From Gammaproteobacteria bacterium (lineage in GTDB: Bacteria > Pseudomonadota > Gammaproteobacteria > UBA4575), in the NCBI GenBank assembly GCA_965221955.1, contig CBDCTA010000022.1:64001-128000 (forward strand): DNA of 64,000 nucleotides, read 5' to 3'. Below are positions 21,018 through 31,493 of the stretch, piece after piece (positions within the stretch are counted from its first letter, which is position 1; every line of letters starts with the position of its first letter). A model generated the notes under the pieces. It was not told the origin of the DNA. It searched no databases and saw nothing but the letters and a program-made list of their open reading frames with translations. The position numbers and the translations under genes are program-made.

Positions 21018-21626
21018 ATGCCAAGAAATAGCGTTTCATCTGAAAAAATTGTCTTAGCCAGCGGCAACTCTGGAAAACTAAGAGAGATCCAAGCAGTTTT
21101 AGATCAACAACGTTTTCAACTTGTTAAACAATCTGAATTCAATGTATCGGATGCTGCAGAAACGGGCACCACATTCGTTGAGAATGCCATCATCAAAGCC
21201 CGTCACGCTGCTGATCAAACTGGCTTACCTGCTTTAGCAGATGATTCTGGAATCGAAGTCGATGCTTTGCAAGGCGCACCTGGAGTGTATAGTGCACGTT
21301 ATGCTGGAACACATGGTGATGATGATGCTAACAACGCAAAATTATTAGAAGAATTAAAAGGTGTTCCAGACGAACAGCGCAGTGCACGTTTCCAGTGTGT
21401 CATCGTATATATGCGTCATGCACAAGACCCTATGCCACTAATTTGTGAAGGTACTTGGGAAGGTAAAATATTACATGAACTTAAAGGACCCAATGGCTTT
21501 GGCTACGATCCTTTATTCTATGTGCCTACACATAGATGTTCTTCTGCTGAGTTAGGCCCTGCGGAAAAAAATAAAATTAGCCACCGTGCGCATGCATTGA
21601 AAAAACTTATTAAGGCACTTAACTAA
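21018..21626 (+). CDS. rdgB: Non-canonical purine NTP pyrophosphatase
   Basis: [33 protein letters not shown]. Confidence 0.96.
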   Translation: MPRNSVSSEKIVLASGNSGKLREIQAVLDQQRFQLVKQSEFNVSDAAETGTTFVENAIIKARHAADQTGLPALADDSGIEVDALQGAPGVYSARYAGTHGDDDANNAKLLEELKGVPDEQRSARFQCVIVYMRHAQDPMPLICEGTWEGKILHELKGPNGFGYDPLFYVPTHRCSSAELGPAEKNKISHRAHALKKLIKALN

Positions 21627-21642
21627 CCTTGGCTTGGTTTAA

Positions 21643-22821
21643 TTGCATCTAAATACAAAACATATACCGCTCTCTTTATACATCCATCTCCCATGGTGCA
21701 TTAAAAAGTGTCCTTACTGCGATTTTAACTCGCACGAAATTCAACAAACGGTTCCTGAAGAACAATATATCGATGCACTGATTGCTGATTTAACCTTTCA
21801 TGCAAACGATGTTCATGGTCGGGAATTAATAAGTATTTTTATCGGCGGTGGCACACCCAGTATATTTTCAGCAAGCAGTATTAAGCGCTTGCTTGGCACA
21901 ATTGATGAATTACTTATTCTGAGTAAACACATTGAAATCACTATTGAAGCCAATCCAGGCACCATGGACCAAGAAAATTTTTCTGGGTTTCGCGAAGCTG
22001 GTGTAAATCGCATTTCGATAGGTGTACAAAGTTTTTCTGATCAACAATTGCTAAAGCTTGGTCGCATTCATGATGCACAAGCTGCCATAGACAGTGTGCA
22101 CGCGGCGAAACAAGCGGGTTTTGAAAACATCAACCTAGACTTAATGTATGCTTTGCCACAACAAGATCTTAAAACTGCGTTAAACGATGTTGAGCAAGCT
22201 ATTGCGCTAAACCCAACTCATATTTCTTATTATCAACTTACCTTAGAGCCCAACACAGCGTTTTATCGTCAACCTCCTGTACTTCCGGACACTCAAACGA
22301 GTTGGAAAATTCAACAAGCGGGAATGCAACTACTTGCTGATCATAGTTACTCGCAATATGAAGTCTCCGCCTACGCAAAAGATGACTATACATGTAAACA
22401 CAACCAAAATTATTGGCGGTTTGGAGACTATCTCGGTATCGGTGCAGGTGCCCACCAGAAATTAAGTTTTAGTTCTACCAATTCGATCGTACGTTGTGAA
22501 AAACCTAAACACCCACAGCAATATATGCGCTCGATAAGAGACAAAAAACCTATAACCGAAACGTATTCTCTAAATAAACAAGATATTATTTTTGAATTTA
22601 TGCTGAATGCCTTGCGTTTAAAACATGGATTTAGCCAAGCACAATTCGAGGCACACACAGGGTTAGCTTTTCAAACTATTGATGAAAATCTACAAACGCA
22701 TATCGATGAAGGTTTGTTAGTAATGGAGAATAATACCGTTCACTGTAGTGAACGTGGCTACCGTTTCTTGGATGAGCTATTACAAAAGTGGCTTCCAGAC
22801 ACGCAACACCATGCTGCATAG
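21643..22821 (+). CDS. hemW: Radical SAM heme chaperone HemW
   Basis: LYIHLPWC..KCPYCDFNS, GGGTPS, YEVSAY, HN.NYW; rph-rdgB-hemW synteny. Confidence 0.94.
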   Translation: MHLNTKHIPLSLYIHLPWCIKKCPYCDFNSHEIQQTVPEEQYIDALIADLTFHANDVHGRELISIFIGGGTPSIFSASSIKRLLGTIDELLILSKHIEITIEANPGTMDQENFSGFREAGVNRISIGVQSFSDQQLLKLGRIHDAQAAIDSVHAAKQAGFENINLDLMYALPQQDLKTALNDVEQAIALNPTHISYYQLTLEPNTAFYRQPPVLPDTQTSWKIQQAGMQLLADHSYSQYEVSAYAKDDYTCKHNQNYWRFGDYLGIGAGAHQKLSFSSTNSIVRCEKPKHPQQYMRSIRDKKPITETYSLNKQDIIFEFMLNALRLKHGFSQAQFEAHTGLAFQTIDENLQTHIDEGLLVMENNTVHCSERGYRFLDELLQKWLPDTQHHAA

Positions 22822-22901
22822 ACATTGTCTGCCTGGGTGCTGTCATATTTAAAAAAGATTTTTATTGCAATCTAATTTTAGATTTTCGATAGGATTACAT
22901 T

Positions 22902-24770
22902 ATGCAAACAAAATCACTGCTATTGCTTGCTTTATCCATCATCGCAGCCCTGTTTATAGGTTATGGCTTAGGGCATCACTTTGCCACGAATATGACTAGC
23001 GATGTCTTCACACAAAACCTTGCTTCACCAACGGTAGCAGCAACCACAATGAGTATTGAAGCGGCACAATTACAGCGAGAAGAACACTATCAAAACATTA
23101 ACAGTATTTCAGAAATACTGTCCTTACCTTCTTTATTTGCTCAGAAAGAAGCACTACATGCGATAGCGGGACGCGCAAATAAATTGTTGCTATTAAAGTT
23201 ACTAAAAGAATCTGCAGGTGTAAGCAATACTCAACAACGCCACAACTTGATGCAAGTATTAGTATCGCGCCTTACTGAAATCGATCCGCAAAGCGCTGCA
23301 AAAATTGCAATAGAAGATTATAAAAACAGAAACTATTCATTATTGTCTGAGGTATATCAAAATTGGGCCAAGCTCGATACCGATGCTGCAATAAAAAGTG
23401 CGAATAACATTAAAGATCGATATCAACATGACACCGCAGCACAAGGAATTATTGCTGCGATTGATGTCGATAATATTTCACTCATACTAGAAGTTTCAGA
23501 ACGTTTAGGCTTAGAGCCCAATCAAGAACAATATCTAAGTGTTGCCTTAATCGAAAAAGCTGCACAAAACCCAGAAGCAGCAATGCAAGAAGCCATGCTT
23601 ATGCCCAAAGGCTATGAACGTGAAAACGCTATGATCGGTGCTATTGATGCTTGGGCGGCACAAGATCCAGAACAAGCTTTTGCATTTACACAAAAAATTA
23701 ACGACAGAATCGCGCGCCAACGTTTACAAGAGTCTGTGTTATACCGTTGGGCCGAAATCGATCCACAAGCCGCCTATGAAATCATGGCGACGCTACCGAA
23801 AAGTAACATCACAAACATTAGTTACACAGTTTTCACGAATTTAGCTAATCAAGATCCTAGAGAAGCGTTAGACATTATTGAAAATATTCCTTCTTCTCGA
23901 CATCGTAGTGATGCGTATAGCGCAACCATTACAACTTGGGCGGCTAAGGATGCACGAGCTGCAGCAAGTTATGTAGCACAATTGGATAATAAACAATTAC
24001 AACTACAATTATCTTCTACCATTGTGCAATATTTAAGTGAACAATCTCCTGAAGAAGCTTTGGTTTGGGCCAAAGAAATGGATCCAACGGGTCAACAATA
24101 CTTACAAGATACTGTAGTAGGACAAATCGCAGCGAAAGATCCGGAGCGTGCATTTCAAATTGCTCAAACCGCACAACAAACTACTCTACGAAAGCAGCTC
24201 AGTCTTACTGTGATCAACAACTTATCTTATTCAGACCCCGTACGTGCAGCTGAACTCATTGATCAATTGCCGATTGTTGATGTCGATAGTGAATTGATTA
24301 ATTCTGTGATGTACGGTTGGGCGAATAGTGACCCAGAAGCAGCTATGATTTGGGTTAATGGTAAAACAGGGCAACTACGTGATGACGGCTTAATCAGTCT
24401 CGGAAATCAGCTTGCGAGTACTGATCCAGACTTAGCTGCTAGTTATTTACCGCAATTGAATGGACCAGTACGCGAGAGTTGGGCACAAAATATTACTTAT
24501 TATTATTCTTCCTATGATGTATCCGAAGCGGCTAGTTGGATTGAAAACTTCCGTGGTGAAAAAGTGTATGGCGCACTACTTCGCTCCGTTGCCAGCACAG
24601 CGGCAAATACTGATGTCGACTATGCCTTGGAATTGGCTCAGAACATGCCTACGAAGCAAGAGCGTAATGACTTAATTCGCCAAATTGCGGATCAAATTGC
24701 TTATAACGACCCTCAGCGAGCACAGCAACTGTATGACCGTCTACCGGTTGAAGATCAGCCCGAAAGCTGA
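22902..24770 (+). CDS. Membrane-anchored alpha-solenoid repeat protein, unknown function
   Basis: N-terminal TM then ~15 imperfect (W)AxxDPxxA repeats. Confidence 0.75.
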   Translation: MQTKSLLLLALSIIAALFIGYGLGHHFATNMTSDVFTQNLASPTVAATTMSIEAAQLQREEHYQNINSISEILSLPSLFAQKEALHAIAGRANKLLLLKLLKESAGVSNTQQRHNLMQVLVSRLTEIDPQSAAKIAIEDYKNRNYSLLSEVYQNWAKLDTDAAIKSANNIKDRYQHDTAAQGIIAAIDVDNISLILEVSERLGLEPNQEQYLSVALIEKAAQNPEAAMQEAMLMPKGYERENAMIGAIDAWAAQDPEQAFAFTQKINDRIARQRLQESVLYRWAEIDPQAAYEIMATLPKSNITNISYTVFTNLANQDPREALDIIENIPSSRHRSDAYSATITTWAAKDARAAASYVAQLDNKQLQLQLSSTIVQYLSEQSPEEALVWAKEMDPTGQQYLQDTVVGQIAAKDPERAFQIAQTAQQTTLRKQLSLTVINNLSYSDPVRAAELIDQLPIVDVDSELINSVMYGWANSDPEAAMIWVNGKTGQLRDDGLISLGNQLASTDPDLAASYLPQLNGPVRESWAQNITYYYSSYDVSEAASWIENFRGEKVYGALLRSVASTAANTDVDYALELAQNMPTKQERNDLIRQIADQIAYNDPQRAQQLYDRLPVEDQPES

Positions 24771-24778
24771 TCCTCCTG

Positions 24779-24976
24779 ATGAGTAATCACTTAAGCAGCT
24801 CACTGATCCAATGCCCTTATTGTGGTGAACAATTAGAGCTTCTGCTGGATGCCAGCACTGGCAGCCACCACTATGTAGAAGATTGTCAAGTCTGCTGCGC
24901 ACCCATCGAAGTTACTGTGCGTGTGAACGTTAACGGTGAGGTTATCGAGGTGCTTAGTAAACGAGATTGTGACTAG
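24779..24976 (+). CDS. CPXCG motif cysteine-rich small protein
   Basis: CPYCGE...D.S.G...YVEDCQVCC.PI. Confidence 0.88.
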   Translation: MSNHLSSSLIQCPYCGEQLELLLDASTGSHHYVEDCQVCCAPIEVTVRVNVNGEVIEVLSKRDCD

Positions 24977-25197
24977 CAAAATACCTCACAGGGACCATAT
25001 ATTTTGTATTTCGTAGCAATGTTATACACAAGCGTAATTAAAATGACGCTATTCATGGCTTTGTTTGATCAATAAATCGTCAATTCGAGCATTATTAGCA
25101 TAAGTCTAATAAAAACAATCAGTTAAATTCTTGTATGTTTTTTAGGCGATTTAATAAAAGTGTAAAATTTCTCGAGTTTTGTCGATAGACTTTAAAT

Positions 25198-25255
25198 ATA
25201 TGCACAGTTTTATCCACAGATTTTGTGGATAAGTGATAAACCCCTATGTGGACAA
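25198..25255. promoter_or_regulatory. DnaA box cluster (DARS-like)
   Basis: ATATGCACA 25198, TTATCCACA 25210, TGTGGATAA 25224, TGTGGACAA 25247; extra TTATACACA at 25022. Confidence 0.75.
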
Positions 25256-25391
25256 TCACTTAAGCGTACATTATCAGGAATCTTATAAAGGAATGGCGCA
25301 AACTATAGCCCAAATAGCCAGGCTTGAGTTGGCTTGCCGGGTTGCGTATGATCCGCGGGCTCTAAGGAGAAACATCTAAAATTTAAGCATC

Positions 25392-25601
25392 ATGAAACCA
25401 GATATTCATCCAAATTACCAAGAAGTGAATGTGACCTGCAGCTGCGGCAACACTTTTACTACACGTTCTACCTACGGTAATGATGCAATGAGCATCGATG
25501 TCTGCTCCCAATGCCATCCATTTTTCACCGGTAAACAAAAGATTGTAGACACCGCAGGTCAGGTGGATAAATTCCGCAAACGCTACGGCAATAAAAGCTA
25601 G
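25392..25601 (+). CDS. rpmE: 50S ribosomal protein L31 (zinc-binding type)
   Basis: [27 protein letters not shown]. Confidence 0.97.
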   Translation: MKPDIHPNYQEVNVTCSCGNTFTTRSTYGNDAMSIDVCSQCHPFFTGKQKIVDTAGQVDKFRKRYGNKS

Positions 25602-25757
25602 TTTCTAAAATTCTTTCAGGAAGTATGGGCCGAGATTAATTTCGGTTCTTAACTGAGCATTTCTTAACAACCACTTGTGTAGGGTTTTATCGCCAGATGT
25701 ATTTGGCATCTGAGCTGAACGGGGCTAGGATTATGCATAATCTTAAGAAAAACTGTG

Positions 25758-25786
25758 GAAACTTTACGCCACACATTCACGTCAAA
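25758..25786 (+). promoter_or_regulatory. Putative sigmaE-type promoter
   Basis: GAAACTT-N16-GTCAAA upstream of the M48 protease. Confidence 0.5.
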
Positions 25787-25824
25787 TACACAATAACATT
25801 TGCCAGAATATTGAGGACACTATA

Positions 25825-27288
25825 ATGGGCAAACAATTAAACCTTTTCGTACTCGGTTCACTGCTTGTCGCAAGCTTTATTTTTGGTGGCTGTGCCACCA
25901 ACCCAGTGACTGGCAAACAAGATTTCGTGTTGATGTCAGAATCCCAAGAAATTAATTTGGGTAAACAAGCACATCAACAGATAATGAAACAATACCGTCC
26001 TTATAACGACCCTGCATTGCAAAGCTATGTAGAAGGCTTAGTTGATGAACTTGGTAAGAAAAGTCATCGCTCCAACCTTGTCTATCATGTAACGGTTTTA
26101 GATAGCCCACAAATAAATGCCTTTGCACTTCCAGGCGGCTATCTCTATATCACCCGTGGCATCATGGCTTACATGAACTCAGAAGCTGAATTAGCTGGCG
26201 TGTTAGGACATGAGCTTGGTCACATCACAGCACGCCACGGCGTACGTCAACAAAGTGCAGGCACCGTGGCGGGAATATTAGGTGCCGGCGTTGGAATCCT
26301 TACCGGCAGTAGTCAAGTTGCACAGGCTGCAAACATCGGTAGCACAGCTTTGATCCGAGGTTATGGTCGTAATCATGAATTAGAAGCGGATCGTCTAGGC
26401 GCAGAATATTTAGCCAACGTCGGTTATGACCCACAAGAAATGCTTAAAGTTGTGGAAATTCTTAAAGATCAAGAAGACTTTGATAAACAACTCGCAAAAG
26501 AAGAAGGACGTGAACCACGTGCATACCACGGCACGTTTTCAACTCACCCAGCTAATGATAAGAGACTACAAGAAGTTATAGGCGCTGCGGATAAAATCAA
26601 AACCGCAGCTACACGAGAAGCAGGCCGTGAGAAGTTTTTAAAGTATATGGATGGCGCTACGCTAGGCAGTTCGGAAAAAGACGGCATATTGCGTAAAAAC
26701 AAGTTTTATCACAGCGATTTAAACTTATTTATTGAATTCCCAGTAGGTTGGAAAGTAGATAACTTACCGGACCGTTTAATTGCACAACCCAAAACCGGAG
26801 ATGCACAATTGCAAATTACCGTAGATGATTTGAATAAGAACCAAACTCCAAAAGAATATTTAGACGAACAATTCAAAGGACAGATTAGTAAAGGCCAGCC
26901 CGTTCAAACTGCAAACTTTAAAGGTTATACAGGGTTGACTACTCTTAACACTAAAGGTGGGAAAATCCCAAGTCGAGTAGCCGCCGTTTTCCAAGGCAAA
27001 CGCATTTATCAAGTGTTGATCGCAGGGAAAACTTCAGCTGCATTGAGTAAAAATGATGCTGCAGGCTTAAGTACTATTCGAAGTATGCGCCAATTAAAAA
27101 GCAGCGAGAGAAAATTAGCCAAACCAAAACACTTAAAACTAATCCGTGCTAAAAAAGGTGATACTTTTGCAGCGTTAGCTAAACGCTCAGACATTGCTAA
27201 TCATGCTGAAGAACAACTGCGTTTATTAAATGGTATGTATCCAGATGGAGAACCTAAAGCCGGACAACTGATTAAGATTGTTCAATAG
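25825..27288 (+). CDS. M48 family zinc metalloprotease lipoprotein (BepA/YfgC-related)
   Basis: Lipobox-like FGGC, NAFALPGG, HELGH, ELEAD, STHP. Confidence 0.9.
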   Translation: MGKQLNLFVLGSLLVASFIFGGCATNPVTGKQDFVLMSESQEINLGKQAHQQIMKQYRPYNDPALQSYVEGLVDELGKKSHRSNLVYHVTVLDSPQINAFALPGGYLYITRGIMAYMNSEAELAGVLGHELGHITARHGVRQQSAGTVAGILGAGVGILTGSSQVAQAANIGSTALIRGYGRNHELEADRLGAEYLANVGYDPQEMLKVVEILKDQEDFDKQLAKEEGREPRAYHGTFSTHPANDKRLQEVIGAADKIKTAATREAGREKFLKYMDGATLGSSEKDGILRKNKFYHSDLNLFIEFPVGWKVDNLPDRLIAQPKTGDAQLQITVDDLNKNQTPKEYLDEQFKGQISKGQPVQTANFKGYTGLTTLNTKGGKIPSRVAAVFQGKRIYQVLIAGKTSAALSKNDAAGLSTIRSMRQLKSSERKLAKPKHLKLIRAKKGDTFAALAKRSDIANHAEEQLRLLNGMYPDGEPKAGQLIKIVQ

Positions 27289-27321
27289 TTTAGATTTTTT
27301 ATTGGCCAGTTGCATGACAGC

Positions 27322-27352
27322 AAAGCGACTCTCTAGTAGAGTCGCTTTTTTT
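27322..27352 (+). terminator. Intrinsic terminator
   Basis: AAAGCGACTCT-CTAGT-AGAGTCGCTTTTTTT. Confidence 0.85.
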
Positions 27353-27371
27353 ATGCTCATAAGATAAGTCC

Positions 27372-28262
27372 ATGACAGATAACGTCTATCTTGTAGATTC
27401 AAGTATTTATGTTTTCCGCGCCTGGTTTACGGTTCCTGATCATGTCGTGAATAAAAACAATGAACCCGTCAATGCCGTCTATGGTTTCGCCGACTTTGTA
27501 TTTCAGTTTTTACAACAAGCCAAACCAAATTACGTAAGCTTTGCCTTTGACGAAAGCTTACAAACTTCTTTTAGAAATGATCTCTATCCAGAATACAAAG
27601 CCAATCGTGAGCCTGCCCCAGAAGAACTAAAACGCCAGTTTGCTTATTGCCGTGAATTTATTGATGCCTTGGGCATTTGCCAGGTAGGAAGTCCACATTA
27701 TGAAGCCGATGATCTGATTGGCACTTTAGCAAAACGTATGCGCGACAAAGGTCATAAAATTACGATTCTTTCATCTGATAAAGACCTGGCCCAGCTCATC
27801 ACAGAAAACGATATATTTTGGAACTTTGCGAAAGGACAACGAAATTCTATTCCACAAATTAAAAAACAATTTGGTGTTTATCCTAAGCAAATCGCAGATC
27901 AATTGGCGATTGCCGGCGATACGGTCGATAACATCCCAGGTGTGCCTGGAATAGGCATGGCGACCGCAGCAAAATTGTTGAATAAGTTCTCCAGTTTAGA
28001 TGAGCTATTACAAAACATACCGAAAATTAGTGACATGAAAATTCGTGGCGCGAAGCGCATTCAAGGATTAATTGATGATCACCAAGAAGAGCTACTCCTA
28101 TATAGAAAGCTAACCAGCATAGAATGTGAAGCCAAATTGGCCGAACCTGTAAAACTCAAAAGGAAAACACCTGATTTCACAATGCTAAATGATTTATTTG
28201 AGCAATTAGATTTTGGTGAGTTTCGCAAAGAAAAATGGATGAAATTCTTAAAAGCTGCCTAA
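27372..28262 (+). CDS. Stand-alone 5'-3' exonuclease / flap endonuclease
   Basis: YLVD.SIYVFRA, YKANR, EADD.IGTL, DKDLAQL, GD.VDNIPGVPGIG. Confidence 0.9.
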   Translation: MTDNVYLVDSSIYVFRAWFTVPDHVVNKNNEPVNAVYGFADFVFQFLQQAKPNYVSFAFDESLQTSFRNDLYPEYKANREPAPEELKRQFAYCREFIDALGICQVGSPHYEADDLIGTLAKRMRDKGHKITILSSDKDLAQLITENDIFWNFAKGQRNSIPQIKKQFGVYPKQIADQLAIAGDTVDNIPGVPGIGMATAAKLLNKFSSLDELLQNIPKISDMKIRGAKRIQGLIDDHQEELLLYRKLTSIECEAKLAEPVKLKRKTPDFTMLNDLFEQLDFGEFRKEKWMKFLKAA

Positions 28263-28835
28263 ATGGCAAAACTCATCCTTTTCAACAAACCCTACGGTGT
28301 GCTCAGCCAGTTTACTGAGGACCCAAGTAATAAAAACAAGTCTCAACAAACTCTAAAAGACTATATCGATATTCCGAATGTCTATGCGGCTGGGCGCTTA
28401 GATAAGGATAGTGAAGGTCTATTGCTGCTGACGGATGATGGAAAATTACAACAGCGCATTGCTGACCCGAGATTTAAATGGGCTAAATACTATTGGGCTC
28501 AGGTGGAAGGAGAAGTCAGTGATGAAGCGCTACATACACTGCAAAAAGGGGTGCAACTGAAAGATGGGTTGACCCTTCCTGCTGAAGTAAGTCGTATCGA
28601 GGAACCGAGCAAGCTATGGGAGCGCGAACCTCCAATACGCTTTCGCAAAACAGTGCCTACCCAATGGTTGAATATTGTAATTAGAGAAGGTCGTAATCGC
28701 CAAGTGCGCCGCATGACTGCTGCAATTAACCATCCTACACTCAGGCTCGTTCGTCACCGTATTGGCCCAATTAAGTTAGGCACACTTAGACAAGGTCAAT
28801 TTAAAAGCATTAGTACCGATAATCTCAGTTCATAA
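28263..28835 (+). CDS. rluE: 23S rRNA pseudouridine synthase RluE-like
   Basis: LFNKPYGVL.QF, AGRLDKDSEGL, PPIRFRK..P..W, EGRNRQVRRM. Confidence 0.88.
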   Translation: MAKLILFNKPYGVLSQFTEDPSNKNKSQQTLKDYIDIPNVYAAGRLDKDSEGLLLLTDDGKLQQRIADPRFKWAKYYWAQVEGEVSDEALHTLQKGVQLKDGLTLPAEVSRIEEPSKLWEREPPIRFRKTVPTQWLNIVIREGRNRQVRRMTAAINHPTLRLVRHRIGPIKLGTLRQGQFKSISTDNLSS

Positions 28836-28886
28836 AACATTTAAATCTGTTGTTAGTTTTATCCAATAAGGATTTACAAATTAAAT

Positions 28887-28960
28887 AAGAAACAAATTTA
28901 ACTTTATTCTTAAAGAAACATCTTTGCTCCTAAAGAAACACATTTATCCGTTAAGAAACA
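28887..28960 (+). repeat. Four AAGAAACA direct repeats (spacings 26, 20, 20 bp) upstream of adk
   Basis: AAGAAACA at 28887, 28913, 28933, 28953. Confidence 0.75.
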
Positions 28961-29028
28961 CCATTTAAACTAAATCAAATTGTTGTTTTCTTATTTTGCG
29001 ATCTTAATTACAATTCTCTTAGGATTAA

Positions 29029-29739
<711 letters not shown>

Positions 29740-29854
29740 AGCTAAAATTAATCTTCGTGCTTCAGTATTGAGTCAAGATCTGGGGCAACAAACTTTTTAC
29801 GCGCCTCTAGGAATGTAAAATAGTCTATACAAAATACGATACAAATAACTTGCC

Positions 29855-30214
29855 TCAATGTGGCTCAGGCCTGCTAATAAGAAACGCCATGATTGAAATA
29901 AACAACACTGTCATTCCAGTTATAAGCCAAACATTATCTATACGTTGATACATGATCACCCAACTCAATGTAAGCAGTAGAAACGCTACTACTTTACTTG
30001 TCCGTGAGATCGCCCCCTGTTGTTCCCAGTCAATCAAGAGTTTTCCAAGCTTAGGATGAGCATAGAGCCAATGATGTAAGCGATCAGAGCCTTTAGCAGA
30101 AAACCAGGCTGTTAATAGCAAAAATGGTACTGTAGGTAAGCCAGGCAGTATTATTCCAATGAGTGCAAGCGCTAAAAAGAAATAAGCTAGAATTAGGGCG
30201 GCTAGGCGTGTCAC
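29855..30214 (-). CDS. ybaN: YbaN/DUF454 inner membrane protein
   Basis: IG..LPGLPTVPFLLL.AW..AKGS.RLH.WL. Confidence 0.88.
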   Translation of the reverse strand: MTRLAALILAYFFLALALIGIILPGLPTVPFLLLTAWFSAKGSDRLHHWLYAHPKLGKLLIDWEQQGAISRTSKVVAFLLLTLSWVIMYQRIDNVWLITGMTVLFISIMAFLISRPEPH

Positions 30215-30263
30215 ATTAATGATGTCGTTTCAATCAAATCAAAAATACAATCTTGTAATTAAC

Positions 30264-31364
30264 TCAAGATTGAGCACCTAGTTTTTTCGCACGTTCATTA
30301 ATAGCATCCTTGTCTGGGACTTGATAGTTACTTGAACACTCAGGCCAACCTTGAGCATGCTGTATGACTATATTCGTTAAGGCTTCGATGTGAACGGCCT
30401 CTGCATTTAAGGCTGGAATATAATTAAATGCTTCACCACCAGCATCTAAAAACACACCTTGGTTTTCAATACTGATTTCTTCTAGTGTCTCAATACAATC
30501 AGCTGAGAAGCCTGGACAAAAAACATCGATAGTTTTAATACCTTGTTTAGGCAACTCTTCCATGGTTTTAATCGTGTAGGGTTGTAACCATTCTGCTTTT
30601 CCAAAACGCGATTGAAAAGTCAATTGCCATTGTGATTCGCTTAAATTTAATTTTTCAGCAATGAGACGTGCTGTCTCATGACATTCACAATGATAAGGGT
30701 CGCCCAGATCTAAATTACGTTTAGGTAAACCGTGAAAAGAAAAGATTAATTTCTGACTTTGCGAGTGCTCATTCCAGTAATTTTGAATCTGCGTTACACA
30801 GGCATGAATATAATCTTTATTCGCACCATAGTTATTTACCATTCGAAGTTCAGGCATCCAACGCTGTTGCATAAACTCTTTTGCAATTGCATCGAACGTG
30901 GAAGCCGTGGTGCTGGCTGAATATTGAGGATACAAAGGCAACACTAAAACTCTTTTTGCATTGTGTTGTTTTAATTCTTCAAGCCCAGCCTGTATAGAAG
31001 GCTGCCCATAGCGCATGGCCAATACTACTTTTACAGGACCAGTAAATTTTTGCTCGAGTTTTTCTTGCAGTGCGTCACGCTGCTGTTGACTGATCACCAA
31101 TAGTGGTGAACCTTCATCTGTCCAGATTTTTTTATAATCTTCGGATTTAGCTCTTGGGCGCGTGTTCAAAATAATGCCATGTAAGATAAGCCACCATAGA
31201 GGTCGTGGAATCTCTACTACACGCGGATCCCAAAGAAACTCTGCAAGATATTTTCGAATCGCTTTTGGGGTAGGTGCTTCTGGCGTACCTAAGTTGGTAA
31301 TGAGTACGCCTAAACAAGTATCACTACCGTGAATATAGTCTTGTGTGCCCTTAAATTTTGGCAT
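30264..31364 (-). CDS. hemH: Ferrochelatase
   Basis: NLGTP, MRYGQP, LYPQYS, FSFHGLP, QSRFG..EWL.P, DC.ETLEEI. Confidence 0.97.
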   Translation of the reverse strand: MPKFKGTQDYIHGSDTCLGVLITNLGTPEAPTPKAIRKYLAEFLWDPRVVEIPRPLWWLILHGIILNTRPRAKSEDYKKIWTDEGSPLLVISQQQRDALQEKLEQKFTGPVKVVLAMRYGQPSIQAGLEELKQHNAKRVLVLPLYPQYSASTTASTFDAIAKEFMQQRWMPELRMVNNYGANKDYIHACVTQIQNYWNEHSQSQKLIFSFHGLPKRNLDLGDPYHCECHETARLIAEKLNLSESQWQLTFQSRFGKAEWLQPYTIKTMEELPKQGIKTIDVFCPGFSADCIETLEEISIENQGVFLDAGGEAFNYIPALNAEAVHIEALTNIVIQHAQGWPECSSNYQVPDKDAINERAKKLGAQS

Positions 31365-31493
31365 GAATGTATTCTTTATTTACTCTTAATTTGTAATGCA
31401 GGGCAAAGCCTACTGAAAAAGGTGGCCTATAAGCAACTCACTATGGATCAGTGTATAAAACGAAGGTATGAAACCTTCCAAAGCATGTGCAAC

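Noticed and set aside
25020-25260. DnaA box cluster as oriC
   Set aside because: No dnaA/gidA/rpmH neighbourhood and no recognisable DUE repeats; geometry fits DARS better (not excluded without GC skew)
28887-28960. AAGAAACA repeats as a CRISPR array
   Set aside because: Repeat only 8 nt, spacers 12-18 nt, no cas genes
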